Assembly (NCBI GenBank): GCA_947570505.1
Contig: CANOTH010000002.1
Span: 1,354-65,353, forward strand
Source of the DNA: an uncultured Candidatus Saccharibacteria bacterium
GTDB taxonomy: Bacteria; Patescibacteriota; Saccharimonadia; Saccharimonadales; Saccharimonadaceae
DNA: 64,000 nt
Reading direction: 5' to 3'
Below are positions 38,630-48,461 of this stretch, one piece after another. Numbering within the stretch: position 1 is the stretch's first letter; every line of letters begins with the position of its first letter. Under the pieces are notes generated by a model that worked only from the letters and a program-made list of their open reading frames with translations, searched no databases and was not told where the DNA came from. The position numbers and the translations under genes were made by a program.

Positions 38630-39871
38630 TTATTTCTCCTTGTAGGTTTTGATCATATCTTTGAAGGTCATGCGAGTGCCATAATTGAGAATGGCGCTGG
38701 AGTAAATTTTGATGGCAATCTTCGCGATAACAAAGCAGAAGATTAATAGAATAATAATGGACCATACTACGTCCCAGCCGCTAGCTAATCCCATCATGAC
38801 TCGAATGGGCATGCAGAATGGCGAAGAAATCGGTAGGAGTGAAGCGAAGATATTGAGTTCGCTGGTAGGATCGGTAAGGGTGAAGTAAGCAAGGTAGAAG
38901 CCGATCATAGTCACTATTGCGACTGGCATATTAGCGGATTGAATATCTTCGGGTTTAGCAACAGTTGATCCAGTCAAAGCATAAAGTAAGGCATAGGCAA
39001 AGTAACCCAGAATGAAGTAGACAAGAGTGATGATGGCAAGATAGGGAGTAAAGTTTGACAAATCAAACATCTGGCTTAGTAATTCTGGATCTAAGAAAAG
39101 TCGAGCTGAGATAATAGCAGTAATAACAAATAGTAAGATCTGTCCTAAGCCAACCAGACCAATACCAATCGTCTTGCCGAGAATAATGGTGCGTGGACTG
39201 GTAGAAGTGACCAAAGTTTCAATGATTTTGGAAGTTTTCTCCACAGTAATGGAACTGGAGACCTGAAAAGCGCAAAAGTAAATGGCGAAGAATAGCAAGA
39301 CGGAAATAAGCATGGCTACTACGATATTACCTCCGATTTCTTGTGCTTCGACTTGGTTCGTGCTAATGGAAACGGTTGGGAAAACTTTTTGTAATTCAGA
39401 TTCGGACAAACCCTGTTGTCGTAGATACGTGATAGCATAACTTTCCTGAAGGAATAGAATAGTTTCTTTGGATGCTGGTGGGGCGGTAACGAGATTCTTA
39501 ACGATATACTGGAGCGAGATGCCATTTGTGTCTTCGTTTTTGGAAATCACCCAAGCTGCGTTAATGTCACCATTAAGTAATTTTTCTTTAATTTCTTCGT
39601 CAGTGAATTGTCCCCAAATTTGAGTGCTATTTTCTTGTAGCATCTGCGATGCTTGTTGGCTTTCGGCTGAGATTTCACCTAACAAATGGTCGCGGTCAAT
39701 AAAGAGGACTTTATCTTCAAAGCCTTTTTCTCCGCCCAAAGAGTTAATGATATTTGGAGCATTGAAGCCTAGAATAATCAGGACAACTATGATAATGGTA
39801 GAGATGCGAAAAGCTTTACGGCTAATCATGTCGCGCATGGTGAATTTAGCAACGGTAAATATATCTTTCAT
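38630..39871 (-). CDS. ABC-2 transporter permease (NatB/YhaP-like)
   Basis: EKTSKIIETL...GK motif, multiple TM segments. Confidence 0.88.
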   Translation of the reverse strand: MKDIFTVAKFTMRDMISRKAFRISTIIIVVLIILGFNAPNIINSLGGEKGFEDKVLFIDRDHLLGEISAESQQASQMLQENSTQIWGQFTDEEIKEKLLNGDINAAWVISKNEDTNGISLQYIVKNLVTAPPASKETILFLQESYAITYLRQQGLSESELQKVFPTVSISTNQVEAQEIGGNIVVAMLISVLLFFAIYFCAFQVSSSITVEKTSKIIETLVTSTSPRTIILGKTIGIGLVGLGQILLFVITAIISARLFLDPELLSQMFDLSNFTPYLAIITLVYFILGYFAYALLYALTGSTVAKPEDIQSANMPVAIVTMIGFYLAYFTLTDPTSELNIFASLLPISSPFCMPIRVMMGLASGWDVVWSIIILLIFCFVIAKIAIKIYSSAILNYGTRMTFKDMIKTYKEK

Positions 39872-40761
39872 TTTTGAACTCCTACTTTTTCAATGAAAAT
39901 GTCGTTGAGGGTGGGTTTCATGATTTCAAATTTGAGAATCGGGATGTTATCAGAAACCAGTTGTTTGAGTAAGTTTTCGGCTTGAGATTCGTTGGCAATC
40001 TTAATAGTGTACTGGAAGCTCTTTTCGTTCTCAACTTCAAGTTCTTTGAGATATTTATCAATATCTTTAGTAGTATCAACTTGCACTCGGGTGGCAGGAT
40101 AGCCGGCTTTGATTTCTTGTAAATTGCCTTGCAGGACGGTGCGTCCGCGATTAAGAATGAGAATGTCTTGACAAAATTCCTCAATGGTTGACATTTGGTG
40201 GGCGGACATAATAATGTATTTACCATCACGTACTAAATCAATAATGATGTTCTTAATGAGTTCGGTATTGACCGGATCCAAACCACTAAAAGGCTCATCA
40301 AGCACGACGAGGTCGGGATTATGGAGGATGGCAGTTATGAATTGAATTTTCTGCTGGTTACCTTTGGAAAGTTTTTCGGCAGGTAGTTCGAGATATTCTT
40401 CGACTCTGAGTCTTTTGCTCCATTTTCGAATAGCTGTGATAGCCGCTTCTTTACTCATGCCTTTGAGCTCGCCAAAGTAAGTCAGTTGATCGGCGATTTT
40501 GACTTTTGGGTAAACTCCGCGTTCTTCGGGCAAGTAGCCAAAATTGACACTTTTACGATCTACTGGTTGGCCTTGCCAAGTGATTTCTCCACTATCTTTG
40601 GTAATGATGCCGAGTAGCATACGGATAGTGGTGGTTTTGCCAGCACCGTTGGTGCCGAGTAGCCCGTAAACTCCGGGAGTGTTGACGGTGAAAGAGATAT
40701 GATCGACGGCTTTGCGATTACCAAAGGTTTTCGAAACGTCTTTCAGAACTAATCCAGACAT
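39868..40761 (-). CDS. ABC transporter ATP-binding protein
   Basis: GTNGAGKT, LSKGN and LDEPFSGLD motifs. Confidence 0.93.
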   Translation of the reverse strand: MSGLVLKDVSKTFGNRKAVDHISFTVNTPGVYGLLGTNGAGKTTTIRMLLGIITKDSGEITWQGQPVDRKSVNFGYLPEERGVYPKVKIADQLTYFGELKGMSKEAAITAIRKWSKRLRVEEYLELPAEKLSKGNQQKIQFITAILHNPDLVVLDEPFSGLDPVNTELIKNIIIDLVRDGKYIIMSAHQMSTIEEFCQDILILNRGRTVLQGNLQEIKAGYPATRVQVDTTKDIDKYLKELEVENEKSFQYTIKIANESQAENLLKQLVSDNIPILKFEIMKPTLNDIFIEKVGVQK

Positions 40762-40805
40762 GTTTTCCTTTCAGTGGTTTAAGTACTATGACTATTATAC
40801 CACGT

Positions 40806-40820
40806 GGGGGGGGGGGGGGG
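40806..40820. repeat. G15 homopolymer in the promoter region of the ABC operon
   Basis: 15 consecutive G, 6 nt from a minus-strand TATAAT. Confidence 0.85.
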
Positions 40821-40836
40821 ATATTTTACAAGTAGA

Positions 40837-41673
40837 TTATTCTAAATTAATTCCGCGTTTTAGTCGTTGGTTGCCAATATAATAAAATATAGCAAGAGCG
40901 GCACAATATATAATTATCCAACCAAGAATACTATTAATGACGTAGCCAATATTGCTAAAATTGGAGACATGATTAGTGATACCGAGGAAATTTATGAGAC
41001 TAATTTGATCAACACCGCAAAGCTCGCTGATAAATTCAATAATAATTAAGGCACTGAGCAACAGAACGATACCCCAAATAATGGAAAACCCAGTGTGATG
41101 TTTGCGCATAGAGTATCCTAAAATGATACTTGTCAACCCGCCGGTGGTCACAAAGCTGAGAGCAACAAACGTATTCAGCATTAGCATTGGATAATAAGCT
41201 GATGGTGCATCGTATGCCCAGCCAAAGCAGGAAGCTACTCCGCGACCTCCTGGTGTGGCTTGGAGAATATAGCAAGCTACAGCTAAAATGATCACAATAA
41301 TACCGCTCGCAATAATAGCACTGAGGAATTTTGAAGTCCAGAGGGTTTGACGCGAGACTGGTAAAGTATGGGTAAGGTAAGCAGTATCACTATAAAAACT
41401 ATGGCGAAAATTCTTCCAGGTATTTAGAACCATGAAAAGAATTAAAGCAATGCCGAGGATGCCAGTAAAATCATAAAACAAAGTATGCAAAAATTGGACG
41501 ACAGGAGGAGCGGCCGGTACAAGATCAATAATATGTCCGTCGTCATTATGCACCTTAACATAATCATAACTAGTCAAATTTAATAGTAGAGCACAAAGTA
41601 TGATGGGCAGACCAAATGCTAGAGCGATTTTGTAGATGGGTTTGAGATCGTATTTTAAGAGTTTCGATAACAT
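40837..41673 (-). CDS. ABC transporter permease
   Basis: KLLKYD start, YLTHTLPVS...SK motif, six TM segments. Confidence 0.8.
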   Translation of the reverse strand: MLSKLLKYDLKPIYKIALAFGLPIILCALLLNLTSYDYVKVHNDDGHIIDLVPAAPPVVQFLHTLFYDFTGILGIALILFMVLNTWKNFRHSFYSDTAYLTHTLPVSRQTLWTSKFLSAIIASGIIVIILAVACYILQATPGGRGVASCFGWAYDAPSAYYPMLMLNTFVALSFVTTGGLTSIILGYSMRKHHTGFSIIWGIVLLLSALIIIEFISELCGVDQISLINFLGITNHVSNFSNIGYVINSILGWIIIYCAALAIFYYIGNQRLKRGINLE

Positions 41674-41681
41674 AGTGTTCC

Positions 41682-42407
41682 TTATTCGTTAATATTGGCT
41701 TTGAATTGCTGGCGAAAAATTTCGTCGATGGATTGTTTTTTGCTGGCGCGTAGTTCGTCGGCATCTTGGTGTAGGATGATTTTTCCACGGTCCATAAAAA
41801 TGACTTGATCAAGAATACGTTCGATGTCGGCGATGAGATGAGTAGCGATAATCATGCTGGCAGCCTCATTAAAATTAGACAGAATTGTATCTAGAATATA
41901 ATCGCGGGTGGCCGGGTCAATTCCGCCCAGCGGCTCATCCAGAATATATAAATCAGCTTGACGGCTCATGACTAGGATGAGTTGAAACTTTTCTTGCATG
42001 CCTTTGCTGAGACTGGAAATTCTGGCGGTGGTATCAAGATTAAGGTCGTGAATGAGCTGGAGGGCGCGGTCGTAATCAAAATCCGTATAAAAATCTTGAA
42101 AATAATTCAGCATGGCTTGGAGAGTGGAGCTGCGATCGAGATAACTACGTTCGGGGAGATAAGAAATGATTTTTTTGCTTTCGGCTCCAATTGGTTGGCC
42201 ATTAATTAAGATCTCGCCTGATGTCGGTATAATCAAACCGTTGAGCAGCTTAACTAGAGTTGTTTTGCCGGCGCCATTTTGACCAAGTAAACCGATAATT
42301 TTGCCTCTAGGGATCTCTAAGTTTACATCATTAACAGCGATTTTGTCTTGATAGATTTTGCAAAGATTATGGCACTTTACAAGTGGTATTTTGGTGGTTT
42401 TTGGCAT
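41682..42407 (-). CDS. ABC transporter ATP-binding protein (YtrB-like)
   Basis: GQNGAGKT, LSKGM and LDEPLGGID motifs. Confidence 0.92.
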   Translation of the reverse strand: MPKTTKIPLVKCHNLCKIYQDKIAVNDVNLEIPRGKIIGLLGQNGAGKTTLVKLLNGLIIPTSGEILINGQPIGAESKKIISYLPERSYLDRSSTLQAMLNYFQDFYTDFDYDRALQLIHDLNLDTTARISSLSKGMQEKFQLILVMSRQADLYILDEPLGGIDPATRDYILDTILSNFNEAASMIIATHLIADIERILDQVIFMDRGKIILHQDADELRASKKQSIDEIFRQQFKANINE

Positions 42408-42779
42408 TTAGACTTTCCCTTCCTTTTTGAGCATTTTGATAACTTCTTGCGGTTTGAACCCGAGGCGAGTCATTTCGGCGGTGAATTCGCGGATGCGCTG
42501 GCAGGCATACTTTTGCCGGTTTTGCTGGATGGCTTCGGGGCTGGAATTAACATATTTACCATTAGTGCGCTCGGTAAAAATTAATTTGCGTTCTTCAAGC
42601 TCGGTGAGCGCACGTTGCATGGTATTAGGGTTGACTTTGGCCATTACGGCCAGATCACGCACCGACGGGATACGTTCGCCGGGTGGAAGAGCGCCAGATA
42701 TAATATACAGCTCAAGCTGGGCCACGAGCTGAACGTAAATCGGGCGGTTAGTATCAAAGTGAAATTGTAATTGTTTCAT
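42408..42779 (-). CDS. GntR/YtrA-family regulator
   Basis: PIYVQL...PSVRDLA...VNPNTMQRA; imperfect TGTAtTA...TAgaACA palindrome at 42780-42799. Confidence 0.92.
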   Translation of the reverse strand: MKQLQFHFDTNRPIYVQLVAQLELYIISGALPPGERIPSVRDLAVMAKVNPNTMQRALTELEERKLIFTERTNGKYVNSSPEAIQQNRQKYACQRIREFTAEMTRLGFKPQEVIKMLKKEGKV

Positions 42780-42891
42780 TGTATTATTTCCTTAGAACAA
42801 TGATATATGATGTAAAAAGTTTTGTCAAGCAGGATTTTGCGCAAGAAAAAAGCCGCCATATTAATATGGCGGCACCTTGAAGCTTACGGGT

Positions 42892-43890
42892 TTATTTATC
42901 CCAGTCAAAGCCTTCGCCAAAGTGTCCGTATCGGGCGGTTTGCTCATAAATGGGTCGTTTTAGCTTCAGAGTCCGAATAATTCCCTGGGGTGTGAGATCG
43001 TAACCGCTAATTTGTTCAGCTTGACCGTCGATTACCACGGTCTGTTCTAAGGGCTGGCCATAGCCAATAGCATAGGCTAGACGCACAAAAACTTCTTGGG
43101 CCTGGCGCTTGCGCAAATAATCTATGGCGATGCGGCGAGTCATGTAGGCAGCAGAGCGGTCAACTTTGGAAGGGTCTTTGCCAGAAAAACAGCCACCACC
43201 AATGGGAATGCGTGGACCGTAATTATCAACAATTAGCTTGCGCCCGGTTAATCCGGTATCGGCGGCGAAGCCACCTTGATGCCAATCTCCCGCCGGATTT
43301 AGATGGAGCTCGGGTAGATAGTCGATCTGGTGATTCTGAAGAAAAGCTTCTACGAGCTGTCGCAGCTCGGGAGCGCTGGCATTTTGAAAACTAGCGACAA
43401 TAGAATTAATATGATACTGGCCAGTAGTTTCATCTAGACGAATGGTCACTTGGGTTTTCCCGTCAAAGGGAAACTTTTGGTAAATTGACTGATTGAGTCG
43501 ACGAGCTAAGATCACTTCGATAGGCAGGAGCTCGGGAGTTTCATTAGTAGCATAACCAATCATGATTCCCTGGTCTCCAGCCCCACCGTCATCAACTCCC
43601 CGGGCGATTTCGGGGCTTTGCTCGACGATATTAATCATCACCTTGAGATCATTTCCGGCTAAATCGTGGACGATTTTGGTAATATTGTCGTGAGAAATTG
43701 GTGAAGTAGAAGTAACTTCACCCACGATGAAAATTTGGCCATGACCACCGCAGGCTTCGATCGCAACCCGGGATTCGGGGTCACCATCAAGGTAGGCGTC
43801 AAGTAGAGCATCAGAAATTTGATCACAAAGTTTGTCGGGGTGCCGCGGCGAAACACTTTCGGCCGTGCGGTAAGTTGTATAATTTTCCAT
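42892..43890 (-). CDS. metK: S-adenosylmethionine synthetase (compact form)
   Basis: ESV..HPDK.CDQISD, GAGDQG, GLTGRK and GKDPSKVDRS motifs. Confidence 0.95.
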   Translation of the reverse strand: MENYTTYRTAESVSPRHPDKLCDQISDALLDAYLDGDPESRVAIEACGGHGQIFIVGEVTSTSPISHDNITKIVHDLAGNDLKVMINIVEQSPEIARGVDDGGAGDQGIMIGYATNETPELLPIEVILARRLNQSIYQKFPFDGKTQVTIRLDETTGQYHINSIVASFQNASAPELRQLVEAFLQNHQIDYLPELHLNPAGDWHQGGFAADTGLTGRKLIVDNYGPRIPIGGGCFSGKDPSKVDRSAAYMTRRIAIDYLRKRQAQEVFVRLAYAIGYGQPLEQTVVIDGQAEQISGYDLTPQGIIRTLKLKRPIYEQTARYGHFGEGFDWDK

Positions 43891-43928
43891 ACTATAAGTA
43901 TACACTATTCTTATGCTATAATATAGAT

Positions 43929-45143
43929 ATGAAAATTGCGGTTTTTACGGATATTTATGCGCCTTGGAGTGATGGCGGAATTGCGGCTTCGGTGAAGGCG
44001 CAGAAGGATGAGCTGGAAAAGCTGGGACACGAGGTGACGATTTTTTGCCCAGGATTTCAACCGCATGAGAAAAATGTGATCGTGGTGCCGAGTTTTAAAC
44101 ATTTGAAAATTAATGGTGCGGTACTGGCGAGGAGTCCGAAAAAGATTGTCGAATACATACATAGTGTGGCGCCAAGTTTGTCGGAGTATGATTTAGTGCA
44201 TGTTCATTATGAGGCCGGGTGTAGTATTGCGGGGGTGATGCTGGCCCAAGAATACGGCTTGCCGGTTGTGCAGACCATGCATGGTCGCGAGGATATGGCA
44301 ATTGCGCTAAATGTGTCTCATCCATGGAAATATCTGGTAGCGACGGTCTTGAATGGCTTACATAAGAAATATTTGTCACATCCCATTAAAGTGAAGAAGG
44401 ATAAATTTCAAGCTCCAACTCGGGCGCGAGCGAAAATGTGGGAACTGATGGTGAACCAAGCTAATCAGGCTGATGTAGTGATCACACCGAGTAAACATTT
44501 TGCTTACAAGGTTGAACATTATGGAGTGGAGAAGCCGATTGAGGTGGTGTCGAATGGGGTTGCGGATGAGCTGGTGCAGGAAGAGTTTGCGGAACGTCAG
44601 TTGGAAGATGGAGCGGTGCTGAAAATGATTTGGAATTCGAGATTGTCCAAAGAGAAACGAGTAATGCCGTTTTTGCAGGCGGTGGCGATGCTGAGGCGGC
44701 CGTATTTGGTTTATATGTATGGTGAAGGTAATCAATATCGTAAGGCTCAGCGCTTCGCTAAGAGGCATGGATTGAAGATTAAATTTTATGGTAAGCGCAA
44801 ACGGGATAAGATTATTGAACGGATGAAAGAGGCGCATCTCGGTATTATGGCTTCGTATAATTTTGATACGCAGGGGATGACCTTGCTGGAGGCTGAAGCG
44901 ACGGGTTTGCCAGTGATGTTTTGCGATCCGGAGATGATGGAGGTGGTGCCGGCTGGGAGCTATGTGATTGCGGGTGGTCCGGAAGCAGCGGCAATGGCGA
45001 TAGCTTTGGAGAATTTGTCGGCGGAGCAGGTAGCGAAGATGAGTAGGAAGATGTTGAAGCATCGTGCGGAAGTCTTGCAGCCGGTGCAGGCGCAAAAGTT
45101 GTTGAAGGTTTATAAAAATGTCGTAAGAAAAAACCGCCAGTAA
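43929..45143 (+). CDS. Glycosyltransferase family 4
   Basis: MKIAVFTD, SRLSKEK and DTQGMTLLEA motifs. Confidence 0.9.
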   Translation: MKIAVFTDIYAPWSDGGIAASVKAQKDELEKLGHEVTIFCPGFQPHEKNVIVVPSFKHLKINGAVLARSPKKIVEYIHSVAPSLSEYDLVHVHYEAGCSIAGVMLAQEYGLPVVQTMHGREDMAIALNVSHPWKYLVATVLNGLHKKYLSHPIKVKKDKFQAPTRARAKMWELMVNQANQADVVITPSKHFAYKVEHYGVEKPIEVVSNGVADELVQEEFAERQLEDGAVLKMIWNSRLSKEKRVMPFLQAVAMLRRPYLVYMYGEGNQYRKAQRFAKRHGLKIKFYGKRKRDKIIERMKEAHLGIMASYNFDTQGMTLLEAEATGLPVMFCDPEMMEVVPAGSYVIAGGPEAAAMAIALENLSAEQVAKMSRKMLKHRAEVLQPVQAQKLLKVYKNVVRKNRQ

Positions 45144-45175
45144 AGTGCTGGCGGCAGACATATAATAGTATGTCT

Positions 45176-45772
45176 CTAGAGCGGGGTTTTGTCTGTACTG
45201 AGGCGGTTGCGTTTAAGCTTGAGCGCGATTAAGGCGCCGATGACGAGTATGGCGACCGTGGTGATTTTGAATGATTTGCCCCAGCTAGTGGCCAGAATCA
45301 TGGTAAAGACACCTAAGATTAGACCGATAGCATAAAGGATTCGGCGGGTGCAGATGAGGGCAAGGGCGAGGCCTGGGTGACTAGCCTGGAGATTGAGGCA
45401 TTCTATACCTCCCCATGATGGGTACACTATGACTTGTACTAAACAACCGATTACGAAAGCGGCGATAAAGCCATATTGCCCCAATTTGACGTTAATACAA
45501 CAGCCAATATAAATAAAGCCTGCTATGCCTAACATCAAGTCGGATATCTGGTCGGTGAGTTCGGCTTTTTCGCGCCACCAACGACGTTTGCCATCTTTAG
45601 GATAATGCCAAGTTCGCGCGCAAGGCCCATCAAGCGCATCGCAGATAATGCCGGTAGCGAAGATCCAAATCGCATAATCTACGGGACAGTTAAATAACCC
45701 CATGTATGCCAAAGCGATGGCACACAAAACTTCAAGTAACGTAAGTGCGTCAGCAATTAAATACTTTTTCAT
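45176..45772 (-). CDS. CDP-alcohol phosphatidyltransferase family protein
   Basis: DALDG..AR...D...D motif; own promoter (TTGCAT...TATAAT) and AAGGAGG SD. Confidence 0.75.
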   Translation of the reverse strand: MKKYLIADALTLLEVLCAIALAYMGLFNCPVDYAIWIFATGIICDALDGPCARTWHYPKDGKRRWWREKAELTDQISDLMLGIAGFIYIGCCINVKLGQYGFIAAFVIGCLVQVIVYPSWGGIECLNLQASHPGLALALICTRRILYAIGLILGVFTMILATSWGKSFKITTVAILVIGALIALKLKRNRLSTDKTPL

Positions 45773-45840
45773 TTCGATCCCCTCCTTTTGGTTTGCTGAT
45801 GGTAGTATTATACCATGATGAATGAACAAATGCAATAGAT

Positions 45841-45867
45841 TTCCCCGTCAGCTGTTTGATATACTAG
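45841..45867 (+). repeat. Isolated copy of the cassette 3' end (IMH-like)
   Basis: ttccccgtcagctgtttgatatactag vs ctccccgtccgctgtttggtatactag in the 48.5 kb cassette (24/27). Confidence 0.75.
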
Positions 45868-45879
45868 TTGGATGATGGA

Positions 45880-46707
45880 CTAGTGATATAATACCGCTGC
45901 GGTTGTGGCAGCAAAGTTTTGCTGGGGATTATATAAGTTGAGAGCTGCTACAGTGGTGGCTAATTGTCCCGACCAGAGCGAAATCGGGCTGTAGTCAGTG
46001 TCGACGATGTGGGTGGTACTGATTTTTCCAGCATTGGCAATGATAATATTTTCTTGGTGGAAAGTTAGAATGGTAATTTCTGGATAACTTAGAGTAAATT
46101 TATGTAAAGTCTCAACCGTAGGTAGTAAGGGCTGAGAAAGCATAATCATACGTGGGTAATAAATGGCGCGAAAAACCTTTTGTAGCTGAATCATAGAGGC
46201 AATTACAAAAGTATTTGGCCGCACTAACCATCGTGCGGCATCATTAGCTAGAAGGTCTACGGTGTCGCGCGCTAGAACGAGAGGCTTGGTTGGGGATTTG
46301 ATCTCTTCTTTATCGTATATTGCATCTAGAATTGCTACAGCCGTGGCGGAGTTTTTTGATAAATCTCCGATAATTAGGCTGGCATCAGAGTTTACGAAGG
46401 AGAGTTGTAGTTGGTGAGATTTGGCCAGTGAACCGCTGGTGGTAGAAGGTAGAAAATTAAGATTGCCGAGCGGAGGTAATTTAGCGCGGAGTACGTCGGG
46501 TAGGATGGTGGCGACGTGGGTAAACGGAAAATTTTGGCTGGCAAATTCGGAAATGCGTACTACGGTGGAAAAATTTTGGCTGTTGCCGCCAACGACGGCG
46601 AGACGGCCGGTTTTTTGTTCGGGAATATTCCAAGCGATGTCTGGGAAAAGCGGCTGGGATTGCTTCTGCCAATAGGATAAATCGGAATTTTGCGGAGCGA
46701 AGGCCAT
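45880..46707 (-). CDS. YjeF/NnrD-like carbohydrate-kinase-fold protein
   Basis: GRLAVVGGNS motif; divergent. Confidence 0.65.
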   Translation of the reverse strand: MAFAPQNSDLSYWQKQSQPLFPDIAWNIPEQKTGRLAVVGGNSQNFSTVVRISEFASQNFPFTHVATILPDVLRAKLPPLGNLNFLPSTTSGSLAKSHQLQLSFVNSDASLIIGDLSKNSATAVAILDAIYDKEEIKSPTKPLVLARDTVDLLANDAARWLVRPNTFVIASMIQLQKVFRAIYYPRMIMLSQPLLPTVETLHKFTLSYPEITILTFHQENIIIANAGKISTTHIVDTDYSPISLWSGQLATTVAALNLYNPQQNFAATTAAVLYH

Positions 46708-47504
46708 TAAAACTCCAATTCGATTGAAATCGGGCAGTGATCGGAGCCCATAATTTGATTATGAATTTCGGCGGACTTTAGCTTGGGCAAGAGGCTCTCG
46801 GAAATAAAGAAGTAATCAATGCGCCAGCCGATGTTGCGTTCGCGGCATTTGGACCAATTTGACCACCAAGTATATTGTTGCAGGTTGGGATAAAAATAGC
46901 GAAAAGTATCGATGAAACCGGCGCTAATGAGATTTTTAATTCCCTGTCGCTCTTCGGCGGTGAACCCGGCATTATTCTCGTTGTCTTTGGGCCGGGCGAG
47001 GTCGAGCGGAGTATGAGCGGCATTAAAATCTCCACAGACTACGACTGGCTTGTGGACTTCGAGATTTTTTAGAAAACGCAAAAAGGCCGGATCCCACAAG
47101 TTTTCGCGTAATCCTAAGCGGCTGAGATCACGTTTGCTATTAGGGGTATAGACATTGACCAGATAAAATGGAGCAAATTCTAAAGTTTGGATCCGGCCTT
47201 CATTTAATGGACTGCCATAGCGATCTTCTTGCCAGAGATAGCTCTCAGCAATTTCGTCCGTAAAATCATTTAGGGTACTAATCGGTGGAAATTTACTAAA
47301 GATTGCCGTACCAGAATACCCGGCTCGCTCAGCGCTATTCCATATCTCTAAATACTCTGGATAGTCGACCTCGGCTTGTCCGGGTTTGGCTTTGGTTTCT
47401 TGTAAACATAAAATATCTGGAGAGGCCTCTGTAATTAATTGGTCGAGAGTGCCTTTTTTCAAAACTGAGCGCAGGCCATTCACATTCCAAGAATAAATTT
47501 TCAT
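46707..47504 (-). CDS. xth: Exodeoxyribonuclease III
   Basis: SWNVNGLR, LQETK, GDFN, GWRIDY and GSDHCP motifs. Confidence 0.95.
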   Translation of the reverse strand: MKIYSWNVNGLRSVLKKGTLDQLITEASPDILCLQETKAKPGQAEVDYPEYLEIWNSAERAGYSGTAIFSKFPPISTLNDFTDEIAESYLWQEDRYGSPLNEGRIQTLEFAPFYLVNVYTPNSKRDLSRLGLRENLWDPAFLRFLKNLEVHKPVVVCGDFNAAHTPLDLARPKDNENNAGFTAEERQGIKNLISAGFIDTFRYFYPNLQQYTWWSNWSKCRERNIGWRIDYFFISESLLPKLKSAEIHNQIMGSDHCPISIELEF

Positions 47505-47572
47505 AATTTTATTATACCGGAAAAAAATAGATCCCGGCCATTTTTCTGGCCGGGAATAAAGTACTTTAACGG

Positions 47573-47926
47573 TTAAGATGGTGCGCAGTAAAGTGCCTTG
47601 ATGCTCATCAATAAGTGACTATAGTCAAATTTAATCATATCGGCGGGTGTATAGAGAAAATAACTGGTATATAAATCCTCCCCAGTGAAACTTCTCTCTG
47701 AATCGCCGAAAGCCACGCAGAGTAAATTGATCTGCGGCATATCGCCTTCAGCCATAATTTGATCGAACACGTCCTGCAATGACTGAATTTCTGCTTCTGT
47801 AGGCTGATAATCTGCACTCTGGCTCAGCCTAGCTTCATAAAAAGCTGCGGCGGTAGCAATGGGTTTGCCACATCTGATAGTATCGGAGCTGGCTCCCTGA
47901 TTGATTAAAGTCTGAATTATATCCAT
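47573..47926 (-). CDS. Hypothetical protein (orphan gene)
   Basis: GAAGGAGG SD, own promoter, downstream hairpin cccggcca...tggccggg. Confidence 0.7.
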   Translation of the reverse strand: MDIIQTLINQGASSDTIRCGKPIATAAAFYEARLSQSADYQPTEAEIQSLQDVFDQIMAEGDMPQINLLCVAFGDSERSFTGEDLYTSYFLYTPADMIKFDYSHLLMSIKALYCAPS

Positions 47927-47980
47927 ATAAATCCCCTCCTTCGTATATGGAAAGTACTGTTAAAGTGTCCTTATCTTTCT

Positions 47981-48009
47981 ATTGTACCACACTTATTAAA
48001 AAAAGTCAA
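47981..48009 (-). promoter_or_regulatory. Sigma70 promoter, shared orphan-gene type
   Basis: TTGACT-17-TACAAT with TG extension; overlaps the smpB stop. Confidence 0.75.
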
Positions 48010-48434
48010 TAATTCTGTTGCTTCTTGAGGCTTCTAGCAATGTCACGTTGCTTAATGCTCTCACGTTTGTCGTATTTTTTCTTGCTTTTACCGGTGGCGA
48101 TGATCAGCTTGATATGGCGACCGCCGGCTAGTAGTTTGACTGGTATCAGCTGTGCACCTTCTTGCTTAGCGCGCATGAGCTGATAAATTTGTTTTTTGGT
48201 GGCTAGAAGTTTGATATTGCGTACCGTATCGGCACCTAGGGTGAGATTATTCAGCCAAAGTTCTTCGCTCAGCACCGTGACGAATGAACTTTTAAGCTGG
48301 ACGTGATGATCGCGAATTAGGCGCACCTCTGACCCAGTGAGGAGCATGCCACAAGATAGCTCGTCGCCTAGCTGATAATCGTAGCGGGCGCGGCGGTTAA
48401 CGGTAACGGTGGCGGGAGTTTTTGACTTCTTCAT
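48006..48434 (-). CDS. smpB: SsrA-binding protein
   Basis: NRRARYDY, G..L.GSEV and KKYDKRE motifs. Confidence 0.92.
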   Translation of the reverse strand: MKKSKTPATVTVNRRARYDYQLGDELSCGMLLTGSEVRLIRDHHVQLKSSFVTVLSEELWLNNLTLGADTVRNIKLLATKKQIYQLMRAKQEGAQLIPVKLLAGGRHIKLIIATGKSKKKYDKRESIKQRDIARSLKKQQNY

Positions 48435-48461
48435 ATTCTGATTATATCATCAATGTGTAAA

